This document shows positions 50,421-63,900 of a stretch of 64,000 bases of DNA, piece by piece. Each line of letters opens with the position of its first letter. The first letter of the stretch is position 1. The stretch is from NCBI GenBank assembly GCA_951804945.1, contig OX638151.1:66464001-66528000 (forward strand), read 5' to 3'. The notes under the pieces are model-generated. The model was given only the letters and a program-made list of their open reading frames with translations, made no database searches and was not told the origin of the DNA. Source of the DNA: Podarcis cretensis (taxonomy: Eukaryota). The position numbers were made by a program, and so were the translations under genes.

Positions 50421-51527
50421 CACTTGAATACCCACAGCCTGAGTTTTGTGATCTGCCAGAAGGGTAGCAGAAGGATAGTGTTAGTATCTCTCAGAAGCCT
50501 TTATACTGAGCACCAAAACAGGAGCAGTTTTGTTTGAATGTTTATCATATTCACGCATCACTCCTCTGGCTTGGAAAAGCTGCTTCATAAATGTTGATTT
50601 TTCCTGAAACAGCAGCCTTCCTGAAGCAGCAGCAACTGCAGTTAACCCTCTGATCCATGTTAACGATCGATGGAAATAAAGACTGGGCCTCTTGAGATGT
50701 GGATACAATCTGGCCAATTGACCAGATCAGACAAGTAAAATACTCACATGAAAATAATACAAAACATTAGTATTAAATAAGGTAAAAAACAATTCACATT
50801 TCATAGAATTAGAAAGCCCAGTTCATATACCCATATATGTATGTGCATATATGCACATGCACAAAAATATATCTACAATCTTAATTTAAAAACAACATTA
50901 TAATATAGAATATCAACAACTTGGATGTCCCCCAATAGCTTTTTTCTGCTGTGGCATTTTTATTTTTTATTTTTGCATTTTGTAGTATCTTAGCAAAGCA
51001 TAGCATGTCTATTTCAAAAGCTGCAAGTTCATACCAAAAAAAGAAACAAAAGAAAATCTCAATTCTATGTTACTGCTAGTTGAAGGTTCTAAAGTCTCCC
51101 TGTGGGCACCAACAGAGCTTCAGAAAGTTCTGAGAAAGGCAAACACAATTTCTTTCCAACTTTGAAAATTTTTCTATGTTTCATCTCCTACATTTTCTTC
51201 ACGCACTGATCCACAGTAGCAGAGCTTTTCTGCAGCCTAACAACCTGTAATTCCATCTGTCTCACCAAGCAAATCTTGCCAGAGTTTCATAGCCACTGAG
51301 GCTCAAACTACATGTTAATCAAAGTTCTAAGACTCTCTCTCCCACCTCAGTTTTTCTTATGCTATAGCAGGCTGGGGAGGGTTGTGTCTGAGCACACAGA
51401 TGTGCTGAAAAAGGGTACTTAAACCTTTCAACGCTCCTGACATTTCCCAGCTAAAAATGACCCTCACCAAGATATTTGTTTCAAGAGAAAGTTACGGAAA
51501 ATATTTACCTGCATCTTCTTTCACATG

Positions 51528-51530
<3 letters not shown>

Positions 51531-51592
<62 letters not shown>
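51531..51592. repeat. (TC)22(AC)9 compound microsatellite
   Basis: Read directly. Confidence 0.95.
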
Positions 51593-53112
51593 TTTGAGCC
51601 TCAAGAACCATCTAATTTTCCCAACACCACTTGAATGCAGTTTTACATAACAACAGCAGTGTGAGACTCTACCTCACTGGGCAACCTTCAGGTACACAGA
51701 CTTTAATTCCGGGGCTGCCAAAAATATCTCCAAAAGGATATAATTTACTTCTGTATAAGAGCTATGATATGCTTTAACTTAAATTCAAATTTTAACATTG
51801 CATGAACCCATCTGTGGGATCCCTCTTTATTAGATGCACCTGAGGAAATAATTGTAGTTGTCTAGACAATGTGCAAAATATGGAGGCTGAGGTTTGCTTT
51901 TTATAATTCAGCGGAAGATAAGCAGGGTTTCCAGGCTCATCAAGAGAGACTAACCCAAAATGAATATATGTCCCAATCAAATTTTGGTGGTACTGGGAGA
52001 TGGTGCTAAATGTTTGGGGAATGGATGGTTAAAGTTTCAGTTGTGTTTTCTTTAAGGTTTTTTTCCTTTCTTTTTTTACTTGCATATATACAAGCTGGTA
52101 AACTTTCATTTTGCTTTCTTTTGTCCTTTTAAGAAGTAAGCCAAGCCAAGATTACATGGTCACAGAATACTGTTGCCATGAGTCAGTCTGGCCCATATTT
52201 GTATAGAAAAGGCAGCCTGTCTGCCAAGATTTTCTCACTAAAACATCACTTGCCTTGGGGTTTGGTGTGGGTTGGCTTTCTTCTTAAGAGGGAGATGAAG
52301 AGGAAAAAGCCCTTACCACCTTGTAAAATGTAAATAAAAATACCCCACATCTAAAATCGTGGAGACTGTTGCAGGCCCCTCAGAAAGTTACAGAAGTTCT
52401 GTCCCCCTTTCATCACCTTTGGGAAGACTTTGGGTTCAGGCTTTAGTTAGGATAGCTATGTGGGGGTATCCAAGTACAATGGCAGTGCACCTATGAATAT
52501 TAGTTTTCTGGGGCAAGCCAAAGGCTATCACCCTTGCACTCTGCTTATGGTAGAGATTATTTTGCTGGCAGATTGCTGGCCTACAGAGACTTGATCCAAT
52601 AAGACAATTCTTATGTTCCTGAACATATACAGAAAACATATATGCCAGAAAGAGCCTGCATTGCACGGAGAGGTTGGAGAGTCAAGTGTCTCTCCCTGCA
52701 ATTTGCTGAGAAAATAAACAATCTCTTGTGATTGACACTCCATTCTCACAGATTTCTGCACATGTTCCATCACTAATTTGCTCTGTGCTGAACAGAAACT
52801 CTTAACTGCTTTTTATTTTTTTAAAAAAATACAGCTTGTACTTCTGATATAATTAATTTTTAAAAGGAAAAAAAAAGGAAAAGAAAACCCAACACAGCAA
52901 GATATAAACAGCTGTGTGAAGATGCTAGGCTAAGTGTTTGTTGCTGCAAGTGTGTGCGCAGCATGCGGCAAGGCTGTGTTAAGCACTGAGGAGCAGCTTG
53001 ATTTGCTGCAGCAGGATCCATTGCCAAATGAACAGCCCCAGAGCAACAGCTGGAACAGATACAGACACAAATTGCTTTTTGCTTCGCCACCTGTTGCAAG
53101 CTGCGCTTAACC

Positions 53113-53134
53113 CATGCAGAGCGCGAGGCATGCA
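53113..53134 (-). promoter_or_regulatory. Two RBFOX (UGCAUG) motifs downstream of the LAMA2 microexon
   Basis: catgca on + at 53113-53118 and 53129-53134 reads TGCATG on the transcribed strand, about 40-60 nt after the donor. Confidence 0.65.
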
Positions 53135-53171
53135 AGTATTGCTTGAAATTTGACTTTTTTTTTTTTTTTAC

Positions 53172-53183
53172 CTGGATTTCATA
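53172..53183 (-). CDS. LAMA2: LAMA2 12-nt microexon (~exon 53; S-M-K-S-R)
   Basis: On the - strand: long polypyrimidine tract...tatcctag|TATGAAATCCAG|gtaaaa. It is phase 2-2 and inserts (S)MKS(R) where human has SMKAR. Confidence 0.88.
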
Positions 53184-53897
53184 CTAGGATAAAAATGAAC
53201 AGAGAAAGAGAGAGAGGAAGAAAAAAAAATACAATTGTGTTTATTATTTGCAATTATAACATTTATAACAAACCAAATTCTTATAATGATACAGACTGTT
53301 CAGTCTGCTTAAGATTCAGGCCACTTTCTTTAAAATATACACCCATGGCTTTTAACAAACCACCCACTGCCCTTCCGTAAGACTTGCATGCTGGGAAGCA
53401 ATTGACCCAGAAATCCTCAGAATGTTTCAAAAATTAGCCAACTGACCACCACCTTTCTCTGCAGCCCCACACAATGTCTGTAAATAGCAGACGTTCTAAC
53501 CAAGAAAGTCAAATATGTTAGGCTGGAGGAGCTTCCACCAACCTTAAGCCCACCCCCTAATTCCTGGACTACCTTCTCTATAGAGGGGGAAGACACCTAG
53601 ACCTGCTGGTGAAGGGAAGAGGACAGGGCACAGACAAGATCCCTCACTGAGGGTAAGGCATTAAGAACGGCTTGTTGCAAATCCAGCAGTAGCTGATGGG
53701 CTCTCCCACTTTCCAGGCCTGCAATATCAACTGGCAGTTTTGACCATCACTTGTGTGAGGCCACTGCACCCTAGGATCCTTTGGGAGAGAGCAAACATTG
53801 CCAGCAATCGCTGGGTTCTTCTGGATCGAAGGAGATAGCTAGTGGGGAGGTCCATGGAAAATCTTCCATCATCTTTAAGTTGCACCCTCCTTCAATA

Positions 53898-54128
53898 CAG
53901 TGGTACCTTGGGTTAAAAACACCTCAGGTTACAAACACTTCAGGTTACAGACTCCGCTAACCCGGAAGTAGGACCTCAGGTTAAGAACTTTACCTCAGGA
54001 TGAGAACAGAAATCACGCGCCAGCAGCGGGAGGCCCCATTAGCTAAAGTGGTATCTCAGGTTAAGAATGGTTTCAGGTTAAGAATGGACCCCTGGAACGA
54101 ATTTAGCTCGTAACCAGAGGTACCACTG
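53898..54128. mobile_element. Tc1/mariner (pogo/Tigger-like) MITE
   Basis: TIRs cagtggtaccttgggtta and taaccagaggtaccactg, TA TSD on both sides, internal tcaggtta repeats. Confidence 0.88.
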
Positions 54129-54144
54129 TATCATTCTCCTTGAT

Positions 54145-54480
54145 CAAAGGGCTGGATCACCTTTCCTATAAGGAAAAGTTGAAACATTTGGGAGTTTCGG
54201 AAAGAAGAGGAATAACTGGGACATAACACAGGTATGTAAAATGATGGAGAAAGAGTGGCTTGAGGGAAATTTTCTTCTCATAATACTAGAACTCAGGGCC
54301 ACCCAACAAAACCGATTGGTAGAGTGTTCAGGGCTGATAAAAGTTCTTCACACAATGCACAAGTAACTTATGGAATTCAGTTGCACATTATGTGGTGGAG
54401 GCTGGTAGCTTAGATAGCTTTTAAAAAAGCATTTGTGGAAAACGGGTCTCTCAAAGGACATTAACCACAATAGCCAAATG
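54145..54480 (+). mobile_element. CR1-like LINE 3' fragment, decayed
   Basis: aagggctggatcacctttcctataaggaaaagttgaaacatttggg...ttcttcacacaatgcac...ttatggaattc resembles the CR1 ORF2 3' end. Confidence 0.55.
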
Positions 54481-55567
54481 GAACTTCCTTGTCCTACTTG
54501 TGAGTTTCCAGACGTGTCTGGATGGCCACTGGATACTTTGGTGACACAGCTGTAATTTATGTGGCACAGCTCTTATGTTAGGGTTTCTACATGACACACA
54601 AAATAAGGTCATTTATGTTGAGCTGCAGCTCAATTCCTGATTTCTTAAAAATGACCTGTGACCTGAACAGCTAACAAGCAAATTTTAAAACAACAATAAC
54701 AGTGCAATAGTGGCTGTTTGGCTCTGTAGCAGCCCAGTAGCCTATCTAGATCTCTCTGCCTATGCAATGACTTCATCATTGTTATTCTTTCATGGAAACT
54801 GAACTGATATAGGTGAATGGGTTTACCTGTGTTGCACAGTATCGGCACATTGTACCAGAGATATTTTTTCCATTCCAAAAATGTTTCTGTAAACTTTGAT
54901 AAAGGTTCCAGAGTTTGTTTCAAAACAGAAAACACCGATTACACTCCAGCACCTCATCAACTCATTTAGCATTAACGAAGACAAGAAAGCATATGGAAAA
55001 TACTTTATGCATAATAAAATTTACAGGAAGATTTTAAGCTGAGCAAGAAATTCTGTCTTGAGTTAATATGCGATTAAACAGAAAATGAAAACAGATACTA
55101 GGGCAGTGGGGATGGAGCTACATGTCGTGCCTCAACCACATTTCTTTAAACTTGGCTACTGCTTCATCTGTGCAAATTGAGCCTGGAATGTTAGGGCCTG
55201 GAGCAGAGAAGTTACGGGCGGGAGCAGACACACTACAATTTTTTCCTACCAGCTGTTTCTCCACCAGTCCCCATATAATGCATTTTCGTATGTTATTTTC
55301 AGTAATATATGCACCTGTATGCACATTTTGTCCTAGGTATAAGCATTTTTGTATGCATTAGTTGGCTGGAGAAGCCCCCTGCAAAATTCAGGTAAGTGTG
55401 AATTTCAGTGGTTGGCTGTGTTTTGGTTCGTGTATTGTTTCAGAATAGGGTATGTGGCATAAGTATCCTTTTTGTGTGCAATCCTTTCATGAATCCTTAA
55501 GAAAAGGTTTAGAGAACAATTGCTGTTCCTGAATTCCTTTAGTTGACTATGCGCTAAGTGCCATTAC

Positions 55568-55709
55568 CTTAGGTTTCGTCTCAGTGTTGGCAATCCACCA
55601 AAATAGATGGGCTCGTCGGCTTTCAAGTTGAGGCCAAAGTGCTTCCCTGTAGCAATTGTTGTGATGATCTCTTCCTGGTTGGAGTCTATGTCTACAATTG
55701 ATACATTAG
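55568..55709 (-). CDS. LAMA2: LAMA2 exon ~52 (LG2)
   Basis: 142 nt; acceptor ttctcag, donor gtaatg; (A)NVSIVDIDSNQEEIITTIATGKHFGLNLKADEPIYFGGLPTLRRNL. Confidence 0.95.
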
Positions 55710-57127
55710 CTGAGAAAATATAAGAAGAAAAATTAAATAGGGATTTGAGCTACAGAAGAATTTTCAAATGTTTATAACTACTTCTTCCTTTCTTGAGCAA
55801 ACACACTTGTCCATACCCTCTTTTCAATTAAGAGAGGGAAAAGTATGACCAGGTACATTCTGATTATACCAGTGATTGGTTTTTGAATAGCCTTTTCTAG
55901 CTGAATGGCACATAACTGCTTGCTAGTAGGAGGAAGAAAAGAGAAACCACTAAGGGTGAAAAAGCGGAACACAGTTGCAGAAGAAGAACAAAAAAGCAAG
56001 CATGGAAATTAAAAATGCAAAGGGGGGGGGAATGGATGTGTCAGACCCCCCAAAAAGTTCAGAATTATTAAAACAGACAGTTCATTGGGAGAGATTCCCC
56101 CCTGTACCCTCAGCTATAGCCCCAAGCTTAATTATCCCTATTTTATCATGTTGACTGATTGGGAAAATATTTTTGAGAACGTACAAACTGGAATATCCAT
56201 CAAAACCAAAAGAGCAATAAAATATGTAATACCACCAATGTGATCAGGATTTTATTCTAGTCACTTTGCTTAAACGGGTTGTGACCCTTCCACGACTGCA
56301 GAGTATTTATTTTGGCAGGGACAAAACTGCAAAAGTTTACCTTGGTGAACATACACAGAGAAGTTTCTGGATTTCAGGGTTCAGCAAGACAGCATGAATC
56401 AACTGGAGCCAAAGATTTTTTCAGCTCAGCTTTCTTATTTCAAACAGAGATGTATGAAATTCTTATAGGCTTGATTAGACATCCTATAGATATTTTGCCT
56501 TTGGAAATATTCTCATTGCATTTTTATTTTAAGTTGAATTCGGCAGCAACGTTAGCAGTCATGTAAATTAAAGTTGCCTGTCATTTATGGGGAGTCTTTT
56601 TCTCCTTGCAGTACAAAGGGCTGTGACAATGTGCAAAAAGGGTCCATTGTGTATCGTAGACAGATATACTGTGCCATCAGTATTTTAACTCTACACATTT
56701 TGAAAGCAATTTGATAGATTTAAGTTATGAAAGGCACCATGAAGTACAAAACCCAATTTACATTCTAACAAAAATAGTGTAGGTTTGTTTTATGAACTCT
56801 GAACAACATCAGGGCACTGCATGAAAAAAACATTTTTCACTCAGATGCATTTTAGAGTGTAATTTAGGTAGCTGTAAGGCAGAATTATGCCTGAAAAATT
56901 AAGCTACCATTTTCAAAAGAAAATCATAAGAGACCTGTTTGACACTGCAATCAGTCACAGCTAACCTGAGCCATCTGTAATTTAAGCAAAAGAAGTTGCT
57001 AAATCACTTTCTTTTACAACTTTCTAAACCCAGCAATTTTGTACATCATCTTCACCATGATTAGATAGTTAGCTGTGCTGGATAAGATAATTAGGACGTT
57101 TATGATGTTATCACTGCAGGAACTCAC

Positions 57128-57272
57128 CTTGTTTTAGAATTCTTGACAAGGTGAATGATTTCCATTTCCCGTCATTGTGGTTCTGGTTGCCAACAACAGA
57201 AGCTGTTCCTGAACCGAGATCATAACTGACTTTAATACGCCCATCACTGAGCTCTATGCTCATGAAATCTTT
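57128..57272 (-). CDS. LAMA2: LAMA2 exon ~51 (LG2)
   Basis: 145 nt; acceptor ttaacag, donor gtgagt; KDFMSIELSDGRIKVSYDLGSGTASVVGNQNHNDGKWKSFTLSRILKQ. Confidence 0.95.
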
Positions 57273-58484
57273 CTGTTAATGAGAAGCATTAGAAACTTTA
57301 TTTAGGATGCAGTCCTATGCCCAGTTTTTTGAAAGTAAGCCCCACTGACCTCAATGAGACTTACTTCTGAGTAAACATGTAGTCTGATGATTGCACTGTG
57401 AGATTTTGAAAGACAGCTGATTTTCTGATGAAAGTAATCTCAAATAGTGACTAGCCCCCCTTCCCAACAATATCTAAGATTATTTTTCTGCCATTTCTTA
57501 ATAGAGGTTTAGTTCAAAGAAGGCATCATAGGTGAAGTTAATTTGTTGCCGCCTCAGTTCCTAAGAAGGTAAATGAATAAAGTGGAAATATGTTGCTCTT
57601 TAATTTCCAACCAGGCAGTAAATTATTGTGAACGGCAAGGTGGAGTCGCTTGCATTCATCACTGCAACACAGATCTTGATAACATTAAAAAATGATCTGA
57701 TAAATAATAAATAACCTCCGACTCAAGTCTCCAAATTAATATTCTTCTTACAGGATTTTGTGGCAGAAAGAAAGAAAAAAGCTGAAAAAGACCAGTGTGC
57801 CTTCATACATGCTTGGTTAACTTAGGTGTCTCTTTGGATCACTGCTACAGCATTCCATGGGCTGCTTGCCTGTTTTTGCAAACACTACCACCCTCTGCGT
57901 ATGTGTTGCTGGTAATGTCCACATTTGGTAAATATCAATATTCTGACAACCCCATAACAAGTAAATGCTAGTGATCACACTTTAAGTGACTGACTGCATT
58001 TGCCAGTGCATATTGGAGTTTCAGACATTCACAAATATCTCTAGAACTGTCAAAGTTCTCATTATATTTGCTAATAACTGACACATTTCAGACATGCAGT
58101 ATAATCTATACAGAACTTCTTGCCATCTGTTTATTACAGCTGGTTCCATTTCTAAGGGAAGAACTAGGATAATGGCAAGTTAGTTTGCAGTTAAAATCCC
58201 TATAATTAGATTATCACCTAATGGATAGATCCCTATGGGACTGTTTCCTTTATCACCTGAGAACATGTTACAGTTCTCTATGGGAACTGGGAGGTCTGTG
58301 TAGACTTCATATATCTAATATCTAGCCACCCCTCTCTGTACTAATGTCTGATCGGCAGTGATTCTGAAGGAGTTTCACAGTTCTGTTGACAGCAGCAATA
58401 TCAAGTGAAACTCTGTCGGAGTGCAGCTTGTAGTCTTGTTCCAGCAGTAAGTTCCAGTTGACTAGAACGGGCCTTTGTTTTGAG

Positions 58485-58620
58485 CAGGCATCCCCAAACT
58501 CGGCCCTCCAGCTGTTTTGGGACTACAATTCCCATCATCCCTGACCACTGGTCCTGCTAGCTAGGGATGTTGGGAGTTGTAGTCCCAAAATAGCTGGAGG
58601 GCTGAATTTGGGGATGCCTG
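58485..58620. mobile_element. hAT-type palindromic MITE (136 bp)
   Basis: TIRs caggcatccccaaa and tttggggatgcctg; perfect 8-bp TSD gttttgag (58477-58484 and 58621-58628). Decayed relatives lie near 2240, 10320, 23280, 37570, 58790 and 59120. Confidence 0.9.
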
Positions 58621-59784
58621 GTTTTGAGCTAATCCTACCACCCCAAAAACTTATATTGGTGCACAAAGCAACTCATGTGCAAGGGCTGATTATTTCAAAT
58701 GAGGATGCAGGTGCACTGGCTATGCATTTCTACGCATGATCTGTTCTATACAGACATATTAATTAGGCAGCCCAGGCATGGGTTTAAGTCAGAGGTGAGA
58801 AATCCATGTCTCCCCAGACATTGTTGGACTCCAGTTCTCATCAGTCCAGCCAGCACAGGCAATGAACAGGGTTGATGGTAAATTGAAGTCCAGCAACACC
58901 TGGAGGGTCACAGGTTCTCTAACTCTGATGTTAGATATGTCTACATACACCCAGAAGATGAGAACATTTATACCATTTACTTGAGACTGAGATCTCAAGT
59001 AGCTTCCACAGTGCAGAGAAGGAGAAGTAGTTGAGGCACTGGAAGTGTACACTGACCTCCCAATCTCCGTAATGTTCTTGTAATGTCTGTGCATGGTAAT
59101 AGGTAAGGAATAAGGATCTACCAAGCCTGGGAACCTGTGGCCCTCCAGATGTTGTTGAACTCTAACGTCCATCAACCACTGCCAGCATGTCCAATGGACA
59201 GGGTTGATTGGAGTTGTAGTCTAGCAACATCTGGAGGACCATGGGTTTCCCCATACAGCCCTATGCAAATCTATTAGTTTGCAGACATTGTACCCACACA
59301 TAGAGAAGGATGTCTACTTAAAAATGTATGTCCCACTTTCCTTTCCTTTACACCCAAGGAAGCTAACAAAAAACCAGATACAAAAGTAATTGTTAACAAA
59401 AGCAAAAGCATTCTGGTTAAATGTTTTTGATACCATGTTATGCCTAACTCTAACAGATAACAGGTAAAACCCAATAGCCATTATTCAGGAGTCTTTTGCC
59501 ATACAACTTATTTTTTATTTTTACAAATTATAAATTGTAAGAATAATCATTGTAATGATCTGCACAGAGCTCCGTGCAAAGCATTATACAAGCTGCTTGG
59601 TTATGTTCTTGCAAATCACACAGATTGACTATAAATGGCCTCACAGAAGTCATTAAACCCAGTGTCTTCACTTAAGTGACATTCATCACGAGTGTAAAAG
59701 CATGGCATGTTAATCTCTTTACAAGGAACTGTGTAATTCATAATGTTAATGAAAGAAGCCAAGAAACATTTAGGCAAGTTTTAC

Positions 59785-59947
59785 CAAGTCTATTGTAGCA
59801 AGGTACATCAGAAGAGCAGTGGAAGAAAATGTCTTGAACTTGAACATGACCATGGAGATATTTGGGTTCCATCTTATTGGACGGCTCACCAAAGCATAAC
59901 CTTCTCCATCAAACTGAACAGTTCCTTCACCATCTGCCACCTGTGGG
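59785..59947 (-). CDS. LAMA2: LAMA2 exon ~50 (LG2 start)
   Basis: 163 nt; acceptor tcctcag, donor gtaaaa; (S)PQVADGEGTVQFDGEGYALVSRPIRWNPNISMVMFKFKTFSSTALLMYLATIDL. Confidence 0.95.
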
Positions 59948-60872
59948 CTGAGGAGGAAAGGGAAATTTTCAAAATCTAAATCAGAACTTCCAGAACTGCT
60001 TTACATAGAAGCAACCATGAAAAAGCATTATCAGGGGCTGTCAACTATTTCACATAGACAAACCTTCTCAAAGCTGAAATGTTTTGTGCAGCTGCTGCAA
60101 GTAAAGAGCAGTGAAATCATTCCGGCATTCTGTAGAGATTAGCTGCACATTTAAGTTCCCTGTGTGGAACTCAGTTGCGCAGCTGATCAAACTGGGTCTC
60201 AGCCTGTTCCACAGCAGACATCACATATGTAGGGCAGGTGGGCATTGCTTGGGGGAAAGAATCCCACAGGCCAAATTGGACCTGTGCTGGGTCAAATCTG
60301 GCCCACACGCCGGAGGTTCCCAATCCCCACTATGTGTTTTCAAATCAATACTTTATGAAGAAGAAAAGAAGAGGAAGGAATTAGTCCTGTGTTGTATGCA
60401 AACTCTACAATTATCTTGTTTAGCATGTTGACCAGTCAATCAGACATGGATTGGATATGCATGAGCAGACTTTCACGAGCTTGGTTCCTATGCCAAAAAA
60501 TCAAATTAGGGTGGCTTCAAAATGTCATTTCCTATATGAAAATGGCCATATGAACCAGCTGTAATATATTTAGAGGTGATATTTAGAGAAACTTAATAGG
60601 TTTAACTTTTTAAAAGATATATCTTTAGCTTCCGACATCTATGCCTCATTTATAGTTGATAAGCACAGATTTGTATCTATGAAGCATATGTGGTTATTCA
60701 TTTCTGTCTAGTAATTGGCATTTGTTATACTGAAACTGTTGAAGAGAAGCATGAAAACACAGGGGAGAATTTATTTAGGCAACTTGGTATTTAACAGAAT
60801 TATGACTTTTTTTTGTTTAGGTAACCTGCACATCAATAGCAATAACATTGACAATATACAGCAAAATCTTAC

Positions 60873-60997
60873 CTGACAGCACACCCTTTACACTCTCCTT
60901 CAATGTCTCTGAAATTCCATAGTCCTATTGGTTTGCTGTCTAAATAAGTCTCTCCCATACAGCCGGTGAAAGTAGTAACTCGTACAGCTTCAGATTT
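60873..60997 (-). CDS. LAMA2: LAMA2 exon ~49 (LG1 end)
   Basis: 125 nt; acceptor tttccag, donor gtaaga; KSEAVRVTTFTGCMGETYLDSKPIGLWNFRDIEGECKGCAV(S). Confidence 0.95.
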
Positions 60998-63900
60998 CTG
61001 GAAACAGAAAGCATCCAGACTGAGTTCTGAGCTCTTGGTTAATGGACAATGGTATTGTGAATACATGGCCACTGGTTTATTAGGCAGATAGCATTTGCTT
61101 GTTTGAAAGTCCCCAAGTACTTTTTAGTCTTCAACTGATGTGGAAAAGTGGTTGAAATGGACCCAATCCTTTGTGTCCAGGAATGTACACTAATGCAAAA
61201 ACAAGAAGTTTGCTAGTTTGCTGAATGAGGTCAGCTGTGTGGCTTCACATACTAGGATGCTAAATGGTGATGAAAGGAGGCGAGAGCAGGCTGATCTGCA
61301 GTCTTCCCCCAAAGCCATTCTAAGTGGATCTCACTATGGAGGCTGCTCTCCTTGTTGGTAAACTGTGGACTGGCCTCCTTCATCGCTTCATGGTTTCCCG
61401 GTCATTATAAAGTGTGCTCACAGTTGAAGTTGGAATATCAAACAGTCTCCTTTTGAACTCATTTAATAGTTGATGAAAGTCTGATATTTTGCTATACATC
61501 TGGTGGTTGTGAAAAACTTCATTGTTATAAATGAAGTTTCCATGAGATGAATCCTGGAGAATAACTGCTCATTACACCCTTTCCTTCCTACTGATAGTTG
61601 TCTGACTCAAACAAGCAGCTATGTGTTACCTGCTTGATTCAAGCCATGTGAAAGTTTCTCCAAGGGGAAAGCCATTTAGACAAGGAGTAGGGAACCTTTT
61701 CAGTCAAGGACCACATTCTCTCACTGGCAACCTTGCAGGGGCCATATGCCAGTGATGTGCAGGGCCAGGGGGGAAAGTGGGTGGAACAAGTTTGATTCTT
61801 AACATTGTACAGTAGGCCACATTCCATCCATAAATAAAAATAGAGGTTTCTGCACACACCTCTCCATCCTCCATACAGGCAATCCAAAGGCATTATCATC
61901 ATTCAAGAACACATCCCTGCCAGGCCAAAACACATGAGAAGGGCATGGATCAGGGCTGTGAGGGGTGTGGCCTGGTGAGAATCCCAAGGGCCAGATAGAG
62001 GGGCCAGGGAGGTAGCACTCAGTCTCTGTGCCTGAGATTCTCTACTGCTTCTAAGCTCAGAGAATCCCAAAGCTCTTCCATACTATATGAGCAGATCCAT
62101 TAGGTGATTTCTGCAAAGATAATACTGCCAGTAGCAGATGATGTGGTTGGCTGGTGCTTCCCATTTCACTTCTGGCTGGTTCTGCTGCTGCTGCTTACCA
62201 GGAGGTAGATGGGGAGAGGGGGTGGCATGGTTAGCAAGGTGCAAATACTCTGGCAGAGCCAACCTAGAATTCCGACCAGTGCCTCTGCATTTTCCTTCTC
62301 CCTCTCCTTCCTGGTAAGCAGCAGCAACACAATTGACCAGCGGTCAGGTGAGTGGTGTGGTCCCATCACACCATCTGGTGAATGCTGCCTTAGAATGTCC
62401 GAAAGAGAAGCTGGGAACTTAACTAGGATTTACTGTTTAGCAGTCAAAGTAGACTCTTGACAAAGTTAAATTAATAAGTTGGGAGTGATTTATTACTATT
62501 ATTATAATTATTATTCACAAGCCAGAAATATTAACATTTAAATTCCCCCCAAAATACTTGGCTAAGGTCATATGGACTGCTTTTAGAGTATTTGTTCCAA
62601 GAGGAACTTGTCCTTTTCTAAAGTATCCAATCTTCTTTTATGTTTCACTTCATCAATGTGAGCTAGTTTCAATTCCAGATATTTAGCAATCTAAGACACA
62701 CAAGCACCTGCTACTTTTCATGAAGCAATTATGATTATTAAAAATATTAATGTGTGAGCATATGGAGAAGAGCAACTTGACTTTCAAAGTGAGGCATGAC
62801 TTGAAAGTGTAACAACATGGGCGATCTGTTCCAAGGTCATTGTGAATATTTTAATTGGCACATTTGAGAACTTCATGATGAGTAGGCACTGCATTCTACT
62901 GGAGTAAAACTGAAAAAGCACATTGGAAAGGGAGCGGACAAGTCGAAAGAGGGAAGAAAAATAGATTTCTTTTTTAAAAAAATCCTAAAACGGGGAAATG
63001 GCAAGTACCATCTTACTATGGTTGCCAGAACTGCACTGTATCTTTTGGGAGTTGGGCAGCTTCTTCTACCCATTTGTCTCATGGACTATTTTTCTTTTAG
63101 GTGTAATGAACATTAACTCCAGGTGTGCCACACAGCAGATGACAGGACAGGGGGGCAATGAGAGACAGAAGCCATGGCTGCCTCATCTCCTTTTGCATCA
63201 GGAAACTTAAAGGTACAGTGCAGATTTTTGTTTAAGAAGGTTTTTCCTTGAAGTAGAACCCCATAATTGTAGAAGTTCAATTTTATAACTGTTTTTGCTT
63301 CAATGGCTTTATTCTGTGAGACAGTTTATAAATTTATTTATTAAAATAAACAATAAAATAAAATGTTGCACACAAAAATTATACAATTTGCTAGATCAGG
63401 CACAGAAATAACTCTAACTTTGCTAGAATGTAGTTCAGACACAGAAATAAGTAATTCTTTAAAGTATTTTTTTTCAGACTGATTGACAGCATCTTGATCG
63501 CTCTACATTGTCATTGTTTTTCAGTCTGACTGACAGACTGGATGCAGAGCTGCTTGGGAGATACCTGTATAGCCTGTCAAACATCTTTCCAAACTTGTCA
63601 TTCCAGCCGAGTGTTTGTGCAAAGCATCCAACATCACCCACTTATAATCTTAGATTTCACTTCAGAGCTGACTGCCAGGATATAGGTGCGTGAGTGTGTG
63701 CAAGCTCTGACCTTATGCCATATGAACCCATAATGAATGAAAAATGTGCTTGCATTGCCTCTTCGTGCCATATCCCCCAATATAAAAGGAATCTGAAAGC
63801 TAATACTGAAATCCTTCACTCAGTTATAAGCACTTTAGTCCCAGATTTAATGGAATAGTGATTGTGACCCCTTTTAAAACACTGCAGGCCTTTTGTGTTC

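Noticed and set aside
53898-54128. Short interspaced tcaggtta repeats resembling a CRISPR array
   Set aside because: Spacing is irregular, units are short, they lie inside a TA-flanked MITE in a vertebrate genome, and there are no cas genes.
20776-60997. Assignment to LAMA1, or to a pseudogene
   Set aside because: The RRKRRQTGQ loop, the SMKxR microexon and ARHGAP18 synteny are LAMA2-specific. All exons are in frame with no stops and have canonical splice sites.
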